DNA of 63,502 nucleotides, filler included, from Circinaria calcarea (taxonomy: Eukaryota): NCBI GenBank assembly GCA_051942165.1. It is 17 parts of 17 records of this genome, joined end to end, with 100 filler letters (N's around TTAATTAATTAA, not from the genome) between each part and the next. Parts side by side here need not be neighbours in the genome. Positions count along the whole stretch, not along the records: positions 1 to 3,654 come from JAVECS010002695.1; positions 3,755 to 7,408 come from JAVECS010002696.1; positions 7,509 to 11,157 come from JAVECS010002697.1; positions 11,258 to 14,906 come from JAVECS010002698.1; 13 more parts are not named here. One strand, given 5' to 3'. Of this stretch, positions 1 to 12,277 are shown one piece after another. The translations under genes were made by a program, and so were the position numbers. The number at the start of each line of letters is the position of its first letter. Position 1 is the stretch's first letter. Below the pieces are notes generated by a model. That model made no database searches. It was given only the letters and a program-made list of their open reading frames with translations, and had not been told where the DNA came from.

Positions 1-853
1 TCTTTCCTCTACCTAGCTCTTGACACTTAAAGGCAGTGGGAGAAGGTGGGAAAGATAGGCAGGCTGGTCATATATAAATACAGACATATAACATTGTATG
101 GTTTGCGCCGGAGAGCAGCATTTAATGGAGCCATGGCTCCATTCCGGAGGACTCCGGAGGACTCCGTACGCATATGGTTGGAACCAGTCGTTCGATCCTT
201 TGGCAGGGAGCTAGGAGGTCAATGGGCAAGCACAACCCTTAGCCTCCTTCGCCACGGCGGGGCTTGGGGTAAAATGGCTTAGCGGCCGGAGCTTATCTAC
301 GGAAAGCAATTGCGAGATAGTATCTGATCGACAACAGGGCACGTGCCCTACTTTGAATCGACAACCCCCACTAACCCAATTTAAAGTTTCACTCTTTTCC
401 TCGATAAACTACTGTAAGCCGTGCGCCCTTTGGCAATCCTCAATGGCAATAATGATTGAGGACCTCTTACTGGAATTTGCTGTTGCTCGACTTACAAACG
501 GGATTTAAAATTGATACAAGAAAAGTAATCAAGATAATCAATGGCGTTATGCACGACATGAAATGTTATTAATTTCAAGTTCTATTTGTGATACGCACTC
601 GATTAGAAAAGAAGGTCACACTCACACTGTGGTCCCGGAAATCTCTACTTAGAGTTGGCCTCGTGCCACGGTTCGATTCAAGATCTGATACCCCAGCAAA
701 GGCTTATTTTAATGGGAATTCGCCAATTCAATCTCGATCAAGCGGGGGAAGTGGAACTCTAATCAGCTCTAATAGTAACACGGTAGATATTATTCCGCGC
801 GTACGGAAAAACTCATAAGCCTGATCAACAGTTTGACATTCCCTTCCCACCGC

Positions 854-1562
854 TCAACGGCCAAGGACTCCTTCGCCCATTTTCCGCCCTTCATCGTAGA
901 TTTCAAAGGCCACTTCCCCCCAATGTTTGTTGCTCAGGTAATCGAACAAAGTCAGCGCAAATGTCTGCATGATTTTCAGAGTCAACTGCTGGCCCGGACT
1001 GTTCCGCACTCGTATGCGGAGACCATCACTGCTAGGGAACTCGAAGAAATCCCTCGGCGCATAGATTAAAGGTCCATTCCCGGAATGATGAATGTAATCT
1101 TCCATGGTGTCGTAAACTTGGGTAAGGAGTTGTGGAATAATTGGGCCCATTATCGCAGCGGAGAGCTCGACTATGATAAACATACGAGAGCCTTGCACGG
1201 GAGCACACCATAGTACCCGATTTGGACCAAGCGTGCGAGGTATGAGAATGCTGGGTTCCTGGGAACGCGTACGAATGGAGCTGGAAGAAGTAGAGATTGT
1301 CAGTAAGGTATGACCTGTTTTCTATAGGAACTTGCAAGGAGATCTGCCGCAAAAGCACATACGATCCCGCCAGAACCTTCGCTGCATTGGCACAGTTGCT
1401 TCGAACTGGACGAGTTGCTGGAGGTTTCCCCACGCCGCGGGGGTCAATGTTCCTATCTGCAAGGACTGGAGCTCTAGAAGAAGAGCTAACGGGCTGTGAG
1501 AGGCAGAGAGTTGCACACAGTCCTAGGACCGTAGCAATCACGGGTATACTGATTGTCCTCAT
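854..1562 (-). CDS. Small secreted protein, ~208 aa, 2 exons (1562-1363, 1280-854), unknown function
   Basis: Signal peptide MRTISIPVIATVLGLCATLCLSQP. An 82-nt intron (GTATGT..TACTGAC..CCAG, 1362-1281) joins ORF 1032..1562 in frame to ORF 854..1198. Confidence 0.75.
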
Positions 1563-3654
1563 TTTGAATGCTGCAGTTTAAGAAAAGAGTTACGAAAACA
1601 CAAAGAGCAGAAAGCGCAAAAAGAACGGAAAGCGATACGCCTATGTATCTTGGAGCTCATATGTTCCATTGATTAGACAAACGTTAGAAACGGCCACCGA
1701 GATCAAAACACGATTTTTTCATTGAAACATTCAAGCGCTCGTAATGAGGAATTGATCAAAGGAACATCCTCTTCATCTTGAAAGACACTGGAGACGAGAG
1801 CATCGAAATGTCAGATGCGAGTAAGATCTCTTACCCGGACAGTTTTGGTAGGTGCGTCTGTAGCTGACTGGGGTTGACTCTGCTACAATCCTTAAGCGTC
1901 GAGATCTACGCTAACCAAACTCTGATTTGGCTCTCCTGAATAACATGACTGGCGAATATAGTTTGCCGACAGCATTCAGGCTATTTGGTTGATGCATTAC
2001 GCTTTAAGCAGCAGGCTCTATGATAAGGGCATGGAGACATACAATCTTGGGGTTTATTTGAAGAATACCGCACACGGCAAGCATGCGATCTAAACATGGG
2101 CCCTACTCCAGGAGTCCCCACGAGCCCGACTAACCACCGGCTTCCTTACCGATCCCGCCTTATATTTCAATTACCACAAACTGTCTAAAGCTCCTCCCGG
2201 TAAGTGCCTCTGGCGAATATCGATAGCTGATCCTAGGCTGCTTCGGTTCTGGCTCGGATTATCCTTGTAGCCCGGCGGCGGGCGTACTTCGCATCGCCGC
2301 CATCAGGGTCTTGCTTAATAGTAACTGGGGTTCTTGTGGTAAATGTCGTTGATTTTACAGGACCTCTGTTGATTATGCTATGCTTCGCAGACGCGGCATT
2401 TGTTGTTGTGGGATTCGTCGTGCCGTTCGTCTGAGTAGCTATCACAGTGACCCATAAAGTATCCTTCTCGCTGACCACAGGTGCGCCCGACTTCTTGACC
2501 GCGGGAATACCCAACTTGCTGGCCGCCGGTGTAGCCCTGACGTTGACCGGTACTGTGGCCGACTTGGCGACCGAACGGCAAGCCATCATAACGGCCATGG
2601 TCGAGACTGGGATAGTACTGGAGAGTTCTTGTGCTGTGTATGTATGGAACCAATATAACAGGCCCCGAGTCTTTCCTTGACTTGCCGCGAGCTCCTAATG
2701 GCGTCGCTTCCCTAGTACAAACCTAGAAAAAACCATTCGATCACCTTTCCGAGTGTTGTGTCAATGGCTTTATTCGAATCAAAAGCAAAGCCTGGATAAT
2801 GTAATTACGTATTGCTAAAGGAGGCTTGAGCCGAGGTTGATATATTAATACGTGTGATAGAATGTTCTAACTTTACTTATCACTTCGGCAAAAGAAACTA
2901 AAAGACCAATAAGAAAGAAGTCCATTGAATGCAGAAGGAGAGGATGGAGACTGAGCACCGCAATAAGGGATTTCTGCACCTACCGAGTGACTTAAGCAAA
3001 AGTAAAGTGGAGATATATCATACTGACTTCCTTTGTGACTAACATCGGTAATGTTGATGCTATCAGCGAATGTATTCGTGATCATTTATTAGGTGGCATG
3101 CCAGACCAGATCTCCAATAAGTAGCTTGGAGCCTGCCGTCCTCTTAAGAATTCACACTACTCCTTGGAATAGTAGGTGTCAGGTAATAGTCGAATTTTTG
3201 CACTATAGGTTGGCTGCCCGTTGTCCTGCAGTAAGTTCTCTTATATCTAGACTTGAATCCCTTATCAGTCTCGGCGTTACCTAAGTATAGAAGCTTGTTT
3301 TATAAGTCTCCAAATAGAAGGTAGCATAATCTGCCGCAACAAGCCAATGCTCAGCCAGGGGTATCATATGCAGAACGCCATATTGTACTCCTTAGGGTTG
3401 AAACCCCCGTTGTCAAAACTAGGCTCCAGACCATGCCCTAGACCTTGTAGAAGCAGAAAGCATGATAGAAACCTAGAATGCCTCGTTAGCAAAGCACGAC
3501 TGTTTCGTAACAAAATGTGTGGACTTACTAGCCGCCTCCATTTCCTCATCGCTGACTAGCAATGGCCCCCGACCTTGCTCCCTTACCCCCATCCTCTCAC
3601 TCAACGGGCCCAGAATAGGATCGTCCTTCTCCTCTGCCCATACATCCGTAAAAG

Positions 3655-3754
3655 NNNNNNNNNNNNNNNNNNNNNNNNNNNNNNNNNNNNNNNNNNNNTT
3701 AATTAATTAANNNNNNNNNNNNNNNNNNNNNNNNNNNNNNNNNNNNNNNNNNNN
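3655..3754. other. Artificial contig-joining linker (44 N + TTAATTAATTAA + 44 N); first of 16
   Basis: Identical 100-nt linkers start at 3655, 7409, 11158, 14907, 18652, 22397, 26140, 29882, 33624, 37366, 41107, 44846, 48581, 52316, 56046 and 59775. The insert gives stops in all six frames. Contig lengths fall from 3654 to 3628 nt. Confidence 0.98.
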
Positions 3755-4097
3755 GGTTAGGTGGGGAAGGGGAAAGGAGAGAGGCAGAGGAGGGGGGCGT
3801 TTGTAAGATATGGGATTTGGGAAAGGGGATTGTGTGATGGTGGGAGGGGTTGGCTTCTTGCTTTTGGAAGGGGATTTTAATAGAGGAGGGATAGACGGAT
3901 GAGGACCGCTTAGATGCACACTTCCGTTTTGTATGATAGAGCGGACGTCTGGTCCTGGCTTGGGTGGTAGCAGTGGATAATCACATGTCACATTAATGGT
4001 ACAGGAGTTCAGGAATCAAGAGATGCTTGATATGATCTCGATTTAACAGTGTCACAAGCCATCTTCATGCAACGGCTACCATATTGCCAAATGTACT

Positions 4098-4868
4098 CTA
4101 AACAATGGCCAGCTTCGTCGCCGCAATATCCAGCGCATCCACGTCCGTTGTCAACCTGCAGAAAGCCTTCTTCGATCCATCCGGCCTATACCACTCTCGT
4201 TAACCCCCCCAATCCATACTCTCATGAATCAATCTCGGAAAAACATACCTGATCAGCGTATTGATCCTTACGCAATCCACGTCATACAGCTTCTTCAATG
4301 CCTCCTTAATCTGCCTCTTATTCGCCTTGACGTCACATATAAAGACCAGAGTGTTATTCTCCTCAATCTTCTTCATTGCGCTCTCCGTATTCAGCGGGTG
4401 AATAATGACTTTGTGGTGGTCGAGACGGGGCTCATGGGGGACGGATTTGCGAGGGTATTTCGGTGAGCGGGAGAGTTGAAGGGTCTTTGGTCGGTGGAAG
4501 GTGGTACTGAGGCGGACTTTGCGGACCTTTTTGGAGTTTGCCTGTAAGGGGGTGTCAGAGAAGAGACGATGTTGTAGTGGAAGGAGGGGCAGGAGTTGAA
4601 GACATACGCCTCGGAGGGTAGCTTTCGCTGCAGCGCTGGCTTTGGCATTTGGTTTTCCGGACTTGGGCTTTGCGCCTACATACGATACAGTTAGCATTCC
4701 CGTATAAGATTTGTTGCAATATGTTCGAGGACAGGGAATGTAAGGATCAATTCCAACGGCAGATATTTCCATCGTCAGGCAAGCACCACTACACAGCACC
4801 TGGTGCACAGGTGCTCAATGGAAGAATCTGAGATAAGGCTCACCCTTTTTCGTTTCCTTCGGCGCCAT
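4098..4868 (-). CDS. RPL25: 60S ribosomal protein L25 (uL23), 4 exons
   Basis: MAPKETKK start at 4868; [34 protein letters not shown], last exon [29 protein letters not shown]; three GT-AG introns. Confidence 0.96.
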
Positions 4869-5109
4869 TTCTGGTTGTCGTGGATTATCAATGTCGTTAA
4901 TACTCGTTCATCAGTGTCCGCATTTCTTTACTTGACGGAATCAACCCTAGTTTGTGGGCCACGCCGGGCCGGGGATTCGCCGATCTTCAAACTTCCCCTT
5001 TCCAAGCGCGAACTTCTACATCTTGTAGCGTGATGGACATGGGCTGAGTTTACGGCACCACCCGGTCAGCTTGAGCTGGCTAGGTATATTGTCAATTTCA
5101 ATTCTCGTT
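4869..5109. promoter_or_regulatory. Compact divergent promoter region between RPL25 and BMT2
   Basis: Only 241 bp separate two head-to-head start codons of ribosome-related genes. Contains AACCCTA and TGGGCC motifs whose function is not shown. Confidence 0.5.
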
Positions 5110-6003
5110 ATGGTCTCTAAGAAGAAGAAGCCCAAGAAACCTAAGCTCCTCTCCCATACCCGGCCCCCAGTACACAATCCCCCTACGTCTCTCTCCTCCC
5201 GTGCAACTCGCACTCTAATCCGTACCCACCACACCCTCCAGAAGCAGCTCACACAGGCCCTCAACTCCAACAATGAAATCCTCTCGGCATCACTCCGCGC
5301 CCAAATCGAGGCTTCAGGCGGCCTGCGGACATACCAGCGCGCAAGCATAACCGGACAATCCTCCTCACGGGGCGGGGACTCCTCCCGAATTCTTATGGAA
5401 TGGCTCTCCCCTCTTCTTTCCCGTCCCAATCCAATCGAGAAATTCAAAATGCTCGAAGTCGGCGCCCTAAGCCCTCACAACGCCTGTTCTCGCTCCCGTA
5501 TCTTCGAGATGCAACGCATAGATCTCCATTCCCAGCACCCGAGTATTATGCAGCAGGATTTCATGCTCAGGCCTGTGCCTGCCGAGGAAAAGTTAGAGGA
5601 AGATGGCTTTGACATTGTGAGCTTGAGCCTAGTGGTGAATTTCGTAGCGGAGGCGCCAGGGAGAGGCGAGATGCTAAAGAGAGTGGGAAAGTTTCTTAGG
5701 AGAGGAACCGTCAGGGGAGGGGATGGCGAGGGGAAAATAAATAAAGCAAGGGAGTTTTTCCCAAGCTTGTTCCTAGTGCTACCATCATCTTGTGTACTTA
5801 ATTCAAGGTATATGAACGAGGAGAGGTTTGAAGATATCATCGCGAGTCTGGGATTTGTCTTGGCGAGGAGGAAGTCAAGTGAGAAGCTGGTGTATTATTT
5901 ATGGAGTTATCAAGGGGGTGTGCAAGGGAGGACAAGGTCGTTTGGGAAAGAGGAGCTGAGAAAGGGCGGATGCAGGAATAATTTTGCTATCGTGCTTCGG
6001 TGA
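5110..6003 (+). CDS. BMT2: 25S rRNA adenine-N1 methyltransferase (Bmt2 family), 297 aa
   Basis: GGLRTYQRASITGQSSSRGGDSS, MLEVGALS, RIDL, QQDF, SLSLVVNFV, NNFAIVL; ATG at 5110. Confidence 0.9.
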   Translation: MVSKKKKPKKPKLLSHTRPPVHNPPTSLSSRATRTLIRTHHTLQKQLTQALNSNNEILSASLRAQIEASGGLRTYQRASITGQSSSRGGDSSRILMEWLSPLLSRPNPIEKFKMLEVGALSPHNACSRSRIFEMQRIDLHSQHPSIMQQDFMLRPVPAEEKLEEDGFDIVSLSLVVNFVAEAPGRGEMLKRVGKFLRRGTVRGGDGEGKINKAREFFPSLFLVLPSSCVLNSRYMNEERFEDIIASLGFVLARRKSSEKLVYYLWSYQGGVQGRTRSFGKEELRKGGCRNNFAIVLR

Positions 6004-6536
6004 TGGCTGCAGTATACCCCTGAATGTTGTATTATCGTTCTCTGGCTATCGTGGACAGCCTTCAGATATGGGAACGGTAGCTTTAGTAATGAATGACATT
6101 TCTCATTTACTGAAGTTGGATTCGCATGCATCAATCTCGTGTACGTCCCATTCACACCGACATCTGCAACTACCCATTTTCCGCCACTTCGTTGATAAAA
6201 CGCAGGGGTCTCTTCATAAGCCACGAGCCAGATAAGTGAGGCAAGCGTGACAGGAATCAAGCATAGGAACTTCGAATACCGCCGCGGACAACGAAGCTAA
6301 CATCCATGTCAGTCTATGTTTCCAAGTCATTCAATAAAAAGAAGCATATACTATGCAGTTTCACTTATCATCCTCTACAACCGGGCTCGGACGTAGCCGG
6401 CAATGACTTTATCGTTTATCCCTGCATCTGCTCCACCTCTGGCGTCCTGAAGACGCTCGGAGCGAAGAGCCGTCAGAATTGGCCACATTTGGTCATCTGG
6501 ACGTGCTTCCTCGCTCATTGCGAGGTTACCGAACCG

Positions 6537-7408
6537 TCAATCTACGAAGAGGGATTAGAATGAGACCATGGAGAAAGGTACGATCACATACCATCATAGA
6601 ATTCGTCCTCATCATCGACATCGACCAATTGCTCAAAATTGACCTTGTAACGGAGCATTGCCCCTATACCACCAAATCCTTTGACGAATTGGTTGCCCTC
6701 ACTGGACCTGTCCGAGACAAACTCCAGGGTTGCTCCAAAGTCCTTGTATTTCTCTGCCAACCATTCCAAGAACGCTCCTTGTTCGATAACTTCCATTTCC
6801 TGACCGGTTTCCTTATCCATGAACTGCTCGCGGTCGGCTTCCTGTTGCTTGTTGGTATATAGGATGATCTCCGAGCCATCGGATGACTTCAGAACCCAGC
6901 GAGTCGTTTCCAGGTTTTCAAACACAATCAGGATCTCGGCGGCGCCTAGCTCCAACGCCTTCAAAGTATCATCGATACCATAACAAACTCTCCCGCTGTC
7001 CTGACTAATCTCCTCAAAGTATTTGCCGATCAGTTTCTTCTCCTGGATGAACTTGACATTACTCAGGGTCTCGGCTGCTAGCTCTATAGCTTGATTGAAG
7101 CCGTTCTCTCCACCATAAGATACATCGACGACTTTGATGACCTTTGACTGAAGGCGATTATCGAACATGTCGGACTGGTTCAGGTCATTCTTGAAGTCGG
7201 CGGAACCGGCAAGAATCAGCCCAGCGACGTTGACCTTGTCATTGGTAATATAATTCTGTACTGCCAGCTCCGCGACCTTGCGAACATAGTTGTGACGTTT
7301 CTCTTCCCGCAATCGCGCAAATCGAAGAGCCGATTGTCCCCCACGACCGTGCTTTTTAGGAAGGTCGACAGAAAACTTGTGGACAACATCTCTGGTATTG
7401 CCACTAAG
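6537..7408 (-). CDS. SUP45: Eukaryotic release factor 1, 3' part (5' truncated by contig end)
   Basis: [13 protein letters not shown] (GGQ motif), [17 protein letters not shown] 50-nt intron (6591-6542) precedes the terminal micro-exon, giving ...DEFYDD-TGA. Confidence 0.97.
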
Positions 7409-7508
7409 NNNNNNNNNNNNNNNNNNNNNNNNNNNNNNNNNNNNNNNNNNNNTTAATTAATTAANNNNNNNNNNNNNNNNNNNNNNNNNNNNNNNNNNNN
7501 NNNNNNNN

Positions 7509-9199
7509 TTGATTGCCCGGAGATTGTGAAGCGCTGCCATGCACATCAAATCCTATTTCTGTTAGCAAGAACAGTAGCGTCACCTGGAAGTATGACTACC
7601 TCACCCGACCTAAACCACACTCCTCCTTGTCTCTCCAATCGGTTGCAAACCCAATCTCCTCGAGTTTCGTACACTTTTCGCATATGGTATCCAAGTCGCT
7701 GGGCCATCTGGTCAAATAGTTTAGAGGAGTAGACGTGTCTCGATGTTGAGAACTCCTTCGATCAATCCTACCCTCCCAGACAAGAGTCTTCAGTGTTTCC
7801 CCATGAGTACCGGTGAAACAGTGGATGGCAGGCGTATCCTCTGCCTGATCAAGTAAAACAAAGAGATGCTCTAAGCCAGAGAAAGAGGCGAGAAATCTTT
7901 CCAAAGTATTGCAAAATTGAGAAGCAGCCCCTTCTTGACGTATACTGAATCGCTTGAGAGTAAACCGTGAAACCAAGGCGAGCGAGGATAAAAGATTCTG
8001 CACACCCGCACATGACTCGAGGCACAGGTTTTGCAGGATTTCGAGCTTGAGAATACTTAAAGGAGTATTCTCCAAAGGTATAGAGATACCAATGAAATGC
8101 AAGGTGAATAAGCTGAGTTGGTAGGCATTCTCTTTATGTACGACACGTTCACTTGACTTGTCTTGTAATTTTGAGTATATGACCTCCTCGTCCTCGATAA
8201 TTTCTCGTCCTTCGACGTATAGGTTCACCGCCTCTGTCGTCCTGCCCAGTGTAAGATGACGCAGTGTTGCATAGTTCCAGACAACCATATTCAGAGGATT
8301 GTTGGACATATCTGGCCAGACATTCAATGATGTATAGGAGAAGGTCTCGAGACCCTGCCACAACCCTATTTCACCATACGGAGAATATTTATCCACTTGG
8401 AAGTCTCGCAGTGTATGTCTATGTCGCTCGTAGATCAGGAACAGAGTCGCTGAACCGAGAATGCAGCTGTGCTGCCAGCTACCCAAAGTTTATCAGCTGA
8501 GAGAATAGATCCGTCATGCAAAGTCGTAGAAACCCGTAGACCTACCGAAATTGAGTCAGGCACTCTTCAGGCATCTTTCTCATGAGAAGTCTAACAACAC
8601 GATTGAGACCGTCGGACAGAGGCGGAAGGGGCCGCTTCAATTTGGAGTGCGTCTCTTCTTCGAGTTCCGATCCGAGTTCCTGGTCATATTCGTCTTCGAA
8701 ACCTTCATCCTCGTGGGCTCGAAGAAAGGGACACATTACAATCGAGAGGCTTGTTGTGTACTGGAGAGCAGCGGCTGGATATCCTAGCAGATTTTCGATA
8801 GCCGAGAGACAGCTCCACTTCCTCGGAACGGATAGTTTAAGAGCTCTGTAAAGCAAAGGTATGGCTTTGGCATACGCGATTTTGCATGTTCGAGAGATAC
8901 GACTAAGATCTCCTGATGATTGAACCTGTAGTATATGTTAGCTATATTGGCAGCGGCTAGAAGCTGAAGTCATTTCAGATAGTATGGAAGTGGAAGTCTC
9001 TGTTCTGTCGACAACTATACTATTTACACGATAATGGTGCAGGCCAAATTGAAGTGGGAAATGTGTTAAGTATGTTATGGACTTGTTTTACCTCTCTAAA
9101 GACTTGCAACTGGATCTCAGTAGGCAGTCTATCAAATGACATCTTAGGCCGTCTGCTAGCTGGAGGAGCATGGCTCGTAGCTTCTTGGAAGCAGGCCAT
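7509..9199 (-). CDS. F-box-like protein with LRR-like region, multi-exon, 3' truncated
   Basis: SFDRLPTEIQLQVFRE, intron, VQSSGDLSRISRTCK..AIPLLYRAL; downstream LxxLxL repeats (LRHLTLG, LQNLCLESC, LEHLFVL, LKTLVW). Confidence 0.72.
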
Positions 9200-9924
9200 C
9201 GGGTTGCGTCGTGCGTTGTTAAGAACCGGCAGAGAAGTTGGTCGATGAATGGCAAATGGCCTGGTAACCCAGACCAATTGCGATGAGGAAGTAGTGTGGT
9301 TACAATGGATGGAAGAGATTGGCGTTGGGTGTTTGGTAGAAGAATATTTGAGAGGTGACGGGTAAAGAAATATTGACCCGAGGAAGGCTAAAAACTCCGG
9401 GTCATCTGTGTTTAATTCACTTCTAATGCTGCAATTAATCAACACACTAAGAGAACATAGAGTCGTGTCTTTTAAATGGCATCCCACCGGTAATATGTTA
9501 TTTAGTTCGTCTTACGATTCCGTGTCCAGGAGAGAATCTCGTATCAATGAACACACGATACTTTGCACCGGGAGACCAGATTGAGATAATAGTAGCCCGG
9601 ATAGGATGGATATACTTAACATTCTTACATTTTTTGTCCTTGAGGAAATTGGACGATTGAAGTGCTGTTGTGTTGTCCGAATTTCTTAGCTCTTGTGCAG
9701 TTGCAAAGGTTTGAGATGAAATAGAACAGGACCGGATGAAACTCTTCCTCTGGCCCGATGAGACCTATGTACCGGCGCCGATTACTTCAAGCTATAGGCA
9801 AGGTGATTGGATTATTGCAGCTCTAGTTTGACCGGGACCTAACAAGCATGCTCTAAGCTGGAAATATGTCCTTGTTTGACGGGGTTAGCAATCAACAGTT
9901 GAAGTGTGACACCTTCACGTACCT

Positions 9925-10573
9925 CATACCCATTGGAATATACTCTCAGTTGACAGATCAGTGCCTCGACCCAAAGTGGACCCATCCTTCATATCAATAG
10001 TCAACCACCAGGGCTCCTAAATTTCCAGGTCTTTAGAATGGCGTTTAGCATCAACAACCGTCCCAACTCCAACATCTGTCAGCACTGCATGAGCTATACG
10101 TCGAAAACAACTAGGGTGGTCGATGAGGAAAATGCGGGGCTCTAACAATCTATTAAAAAGCAGCGTTGTCTTTAGTCCTTCGTCATGTCTATAATCTGCA
10201 ACGTTAAGGGCTCCTATAGCTATCACTTGTAGTTGACGTGGGCGATCTTCCAAGTCCTTCTCGTCTCCGATCTCCAAAAGGAGATTCTGTATGAAGAAGA
10301 GAGCCAGGATTTCGTGCAGTGTGTCATTCTCGATAAAGAATCTGGATGTCGTAGACTGTGAGGTGAGTTGCACAAATTGATCGTCTTGAGTTTGCTGTAG
10401 TAAGCACATCGCAGATGATCTAAGAACGGCCACCTTCTAGTGCTACTCGGCTTGTTTGTATAGAGACCAGAGAATCTAACAGGAACACAACCTACCATTC
10501 GAAAAATCATAAGCAGAATTTCAGTAGGTAGTCCCGGAAATGATGCCTTAGGGTTGTTCTCATTGGTAGCCAT
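9925..10573 (-). pseudogene. Degenerate, shortened F-box-like gene
   Basis: SFPGLPTEILLMIFRM followed by a GTAGGT donor, then only a short QLQVIAIGAL..EI*EPWWL segment with an in-frame TAG at 10017-10019. Confidence 0.45.
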
Positions 10574-11257
10574 GACTGAAGACTTGTGGGGCCCAAAGAT
10601 CCCGCAGGTGTTGGAGGTACTTAGGGGGTTGTCATCTTCTTAGGTGAGTTCGTTGGTACTCGAGAGGGAATGGGGTCAAACATGGACGGAGAACGGTCCA
10701 GCGATTTCAGCGTACTTGATCGATCACAGCTACTAGCGTCGAGTGTCCCCTTCAATGAAAGATACTGGCGTGCGGAAGCGTACAGTTAAGAGATGATGAG
10801 CGAACAGAGTTGACCGAGGGAAGACTAAGAGACCCTGAATCATACCAGGTATTTCACCTCCGTCGCTGATGAATCAGCATAGCGTAGGAGAATGGGAATC
10901 ATACTTCGTATGTCCACCTTGTAAATAGTGTTATGAATAGCATAGTTTGTCATATGCACTATGAAGAGAAGACACCTTAAGGCTATGCATAACGATCGGC
11001 ATTCTACGCCGTACTGACCGGGCGTACATATTGAAAGGACTCGGTGTGGACTAGAGGCAAGACTTACTATGTACAATGGTACACGGCAAGACGGAATTGG
11101 AAGACTAGGGAAAAGTGAACATGCTCTATAGTACAGAAAGGTCCCCGAATTTCTCCTNNNNNNNNNNNNNNNNNNNNNNNNNNNNNNNNNNNNNNNNNNN
11201 NTTAATTAATTAANNNNNNNNNNNNNNNNNNNNNNNNNNNNNNNNNNNNNNNNNNNN

Positions 11258-12277
11258 TGGCTGGTTAGGAGACGATACTCGAGGTGGCGTTGGTCAAAGA
11301 CGTTTCGTTCCGAGGTTTGCACGATGAAGAGGATACAAAGGGGAAGAGGAGGAGTTGATTTGGAGGGGCCGTAGTGGGCGTGGGCAGTGGAGAGGCCGAG
11401 GCTTAAGGAGGGAACGGAGGGGTTGGAGGGAAGTGATGTGGTGGTGATTGTGGGATTAGGAGGGTATGCTATAGTGTCAAGAAGGTGTCTGGTGTCTGGA
11501 GTCAGTGATGGGTAAAATGCAATCCAATAGAGATACTCGCTTATGAAGCAGAGATACTTGAGAAGCCAGACCTCCAAAAGAAGAGGCAATGGTATTGAAT
11601 TCGACTTGTCTGATTTGGGGCGTGGACGAGGAGCTTGACGGGTCAACATGGATCATGTAGTCGGATCGGAAGAGACCAAGTGATAGACCCTTGCTATTGG
11701 TTTTAGTATCTCCAATGTCACGATATTACTTCGGTGCTAAGGGCAATACCTGGACGTAACCCTCTTTCTTCACTACCAGGTGGATTTGCCATAGCTGGGC
11801 AATGAAATCGTCTACTTCCACCAATCTGATGAGAGCATCAGTGCATTGTTTGCCTTAGGCACAAGACCAGTCATGAAATTATTGCACAACGACAACTTCG
11901 AGGGTATCAACGCAAGGGAGAGCATCAACGCAAGGTGACTGAGATGACTATACTGGTCGGAGTGAATCGCCTTACTCCTGTATTATTTCACTAAGCCATC
12001 TCTCATCATTGGATATCGCAGCGTACAGTTGATTATACGCTTGCTGGATACCTTTGGCTTCCTCGAAACATGGGCGAGGAAATGGACTAGGAAACAAGGT
12101 GACTGGGGCGGTAACGGCAAGAACTCCTGTGGGATCTACGTCTTCAGATACCAAGGCTGACGACGGTCGTACCGCAAGGCCATTGGCGATCGACCAGTCC
12201 TTCAAATTGGACAGGAGATATTCCGATTGAACAGAGGTCAATGGCGGGGGATAGTCCGGGTAGATGGAGGCAGCCAT
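11258..12277 (-). CDS. GSH2: Glutathione synthetase, 5' part, 4 exons (3' truncated)
   Basis: DWSIANGL, APVTLFPSPFP, LGLFRSDYM, RQVEFNTIASSFGGL, ERNVFDQRHLEY. Confidence 0.95.

Noticed and set aside
640..690. GGTTCGATTC T-loop-like motif as a tRNA (similar motif near 43345)
   Set aside because: No cloverleaf stems or D arm could be built.
2233..2680. Overlapping short ORFs including a GxxxG-periodic frame (GRQVGHSTGQRQGYTGG)
   Set aside because: No recognisable family or gene structure; possibly a remnant but unsupported.
4676..4843. snoRNA in RPL25 intron 1
   Set aside because: No properly arranged C/D or H/ACA boxes.
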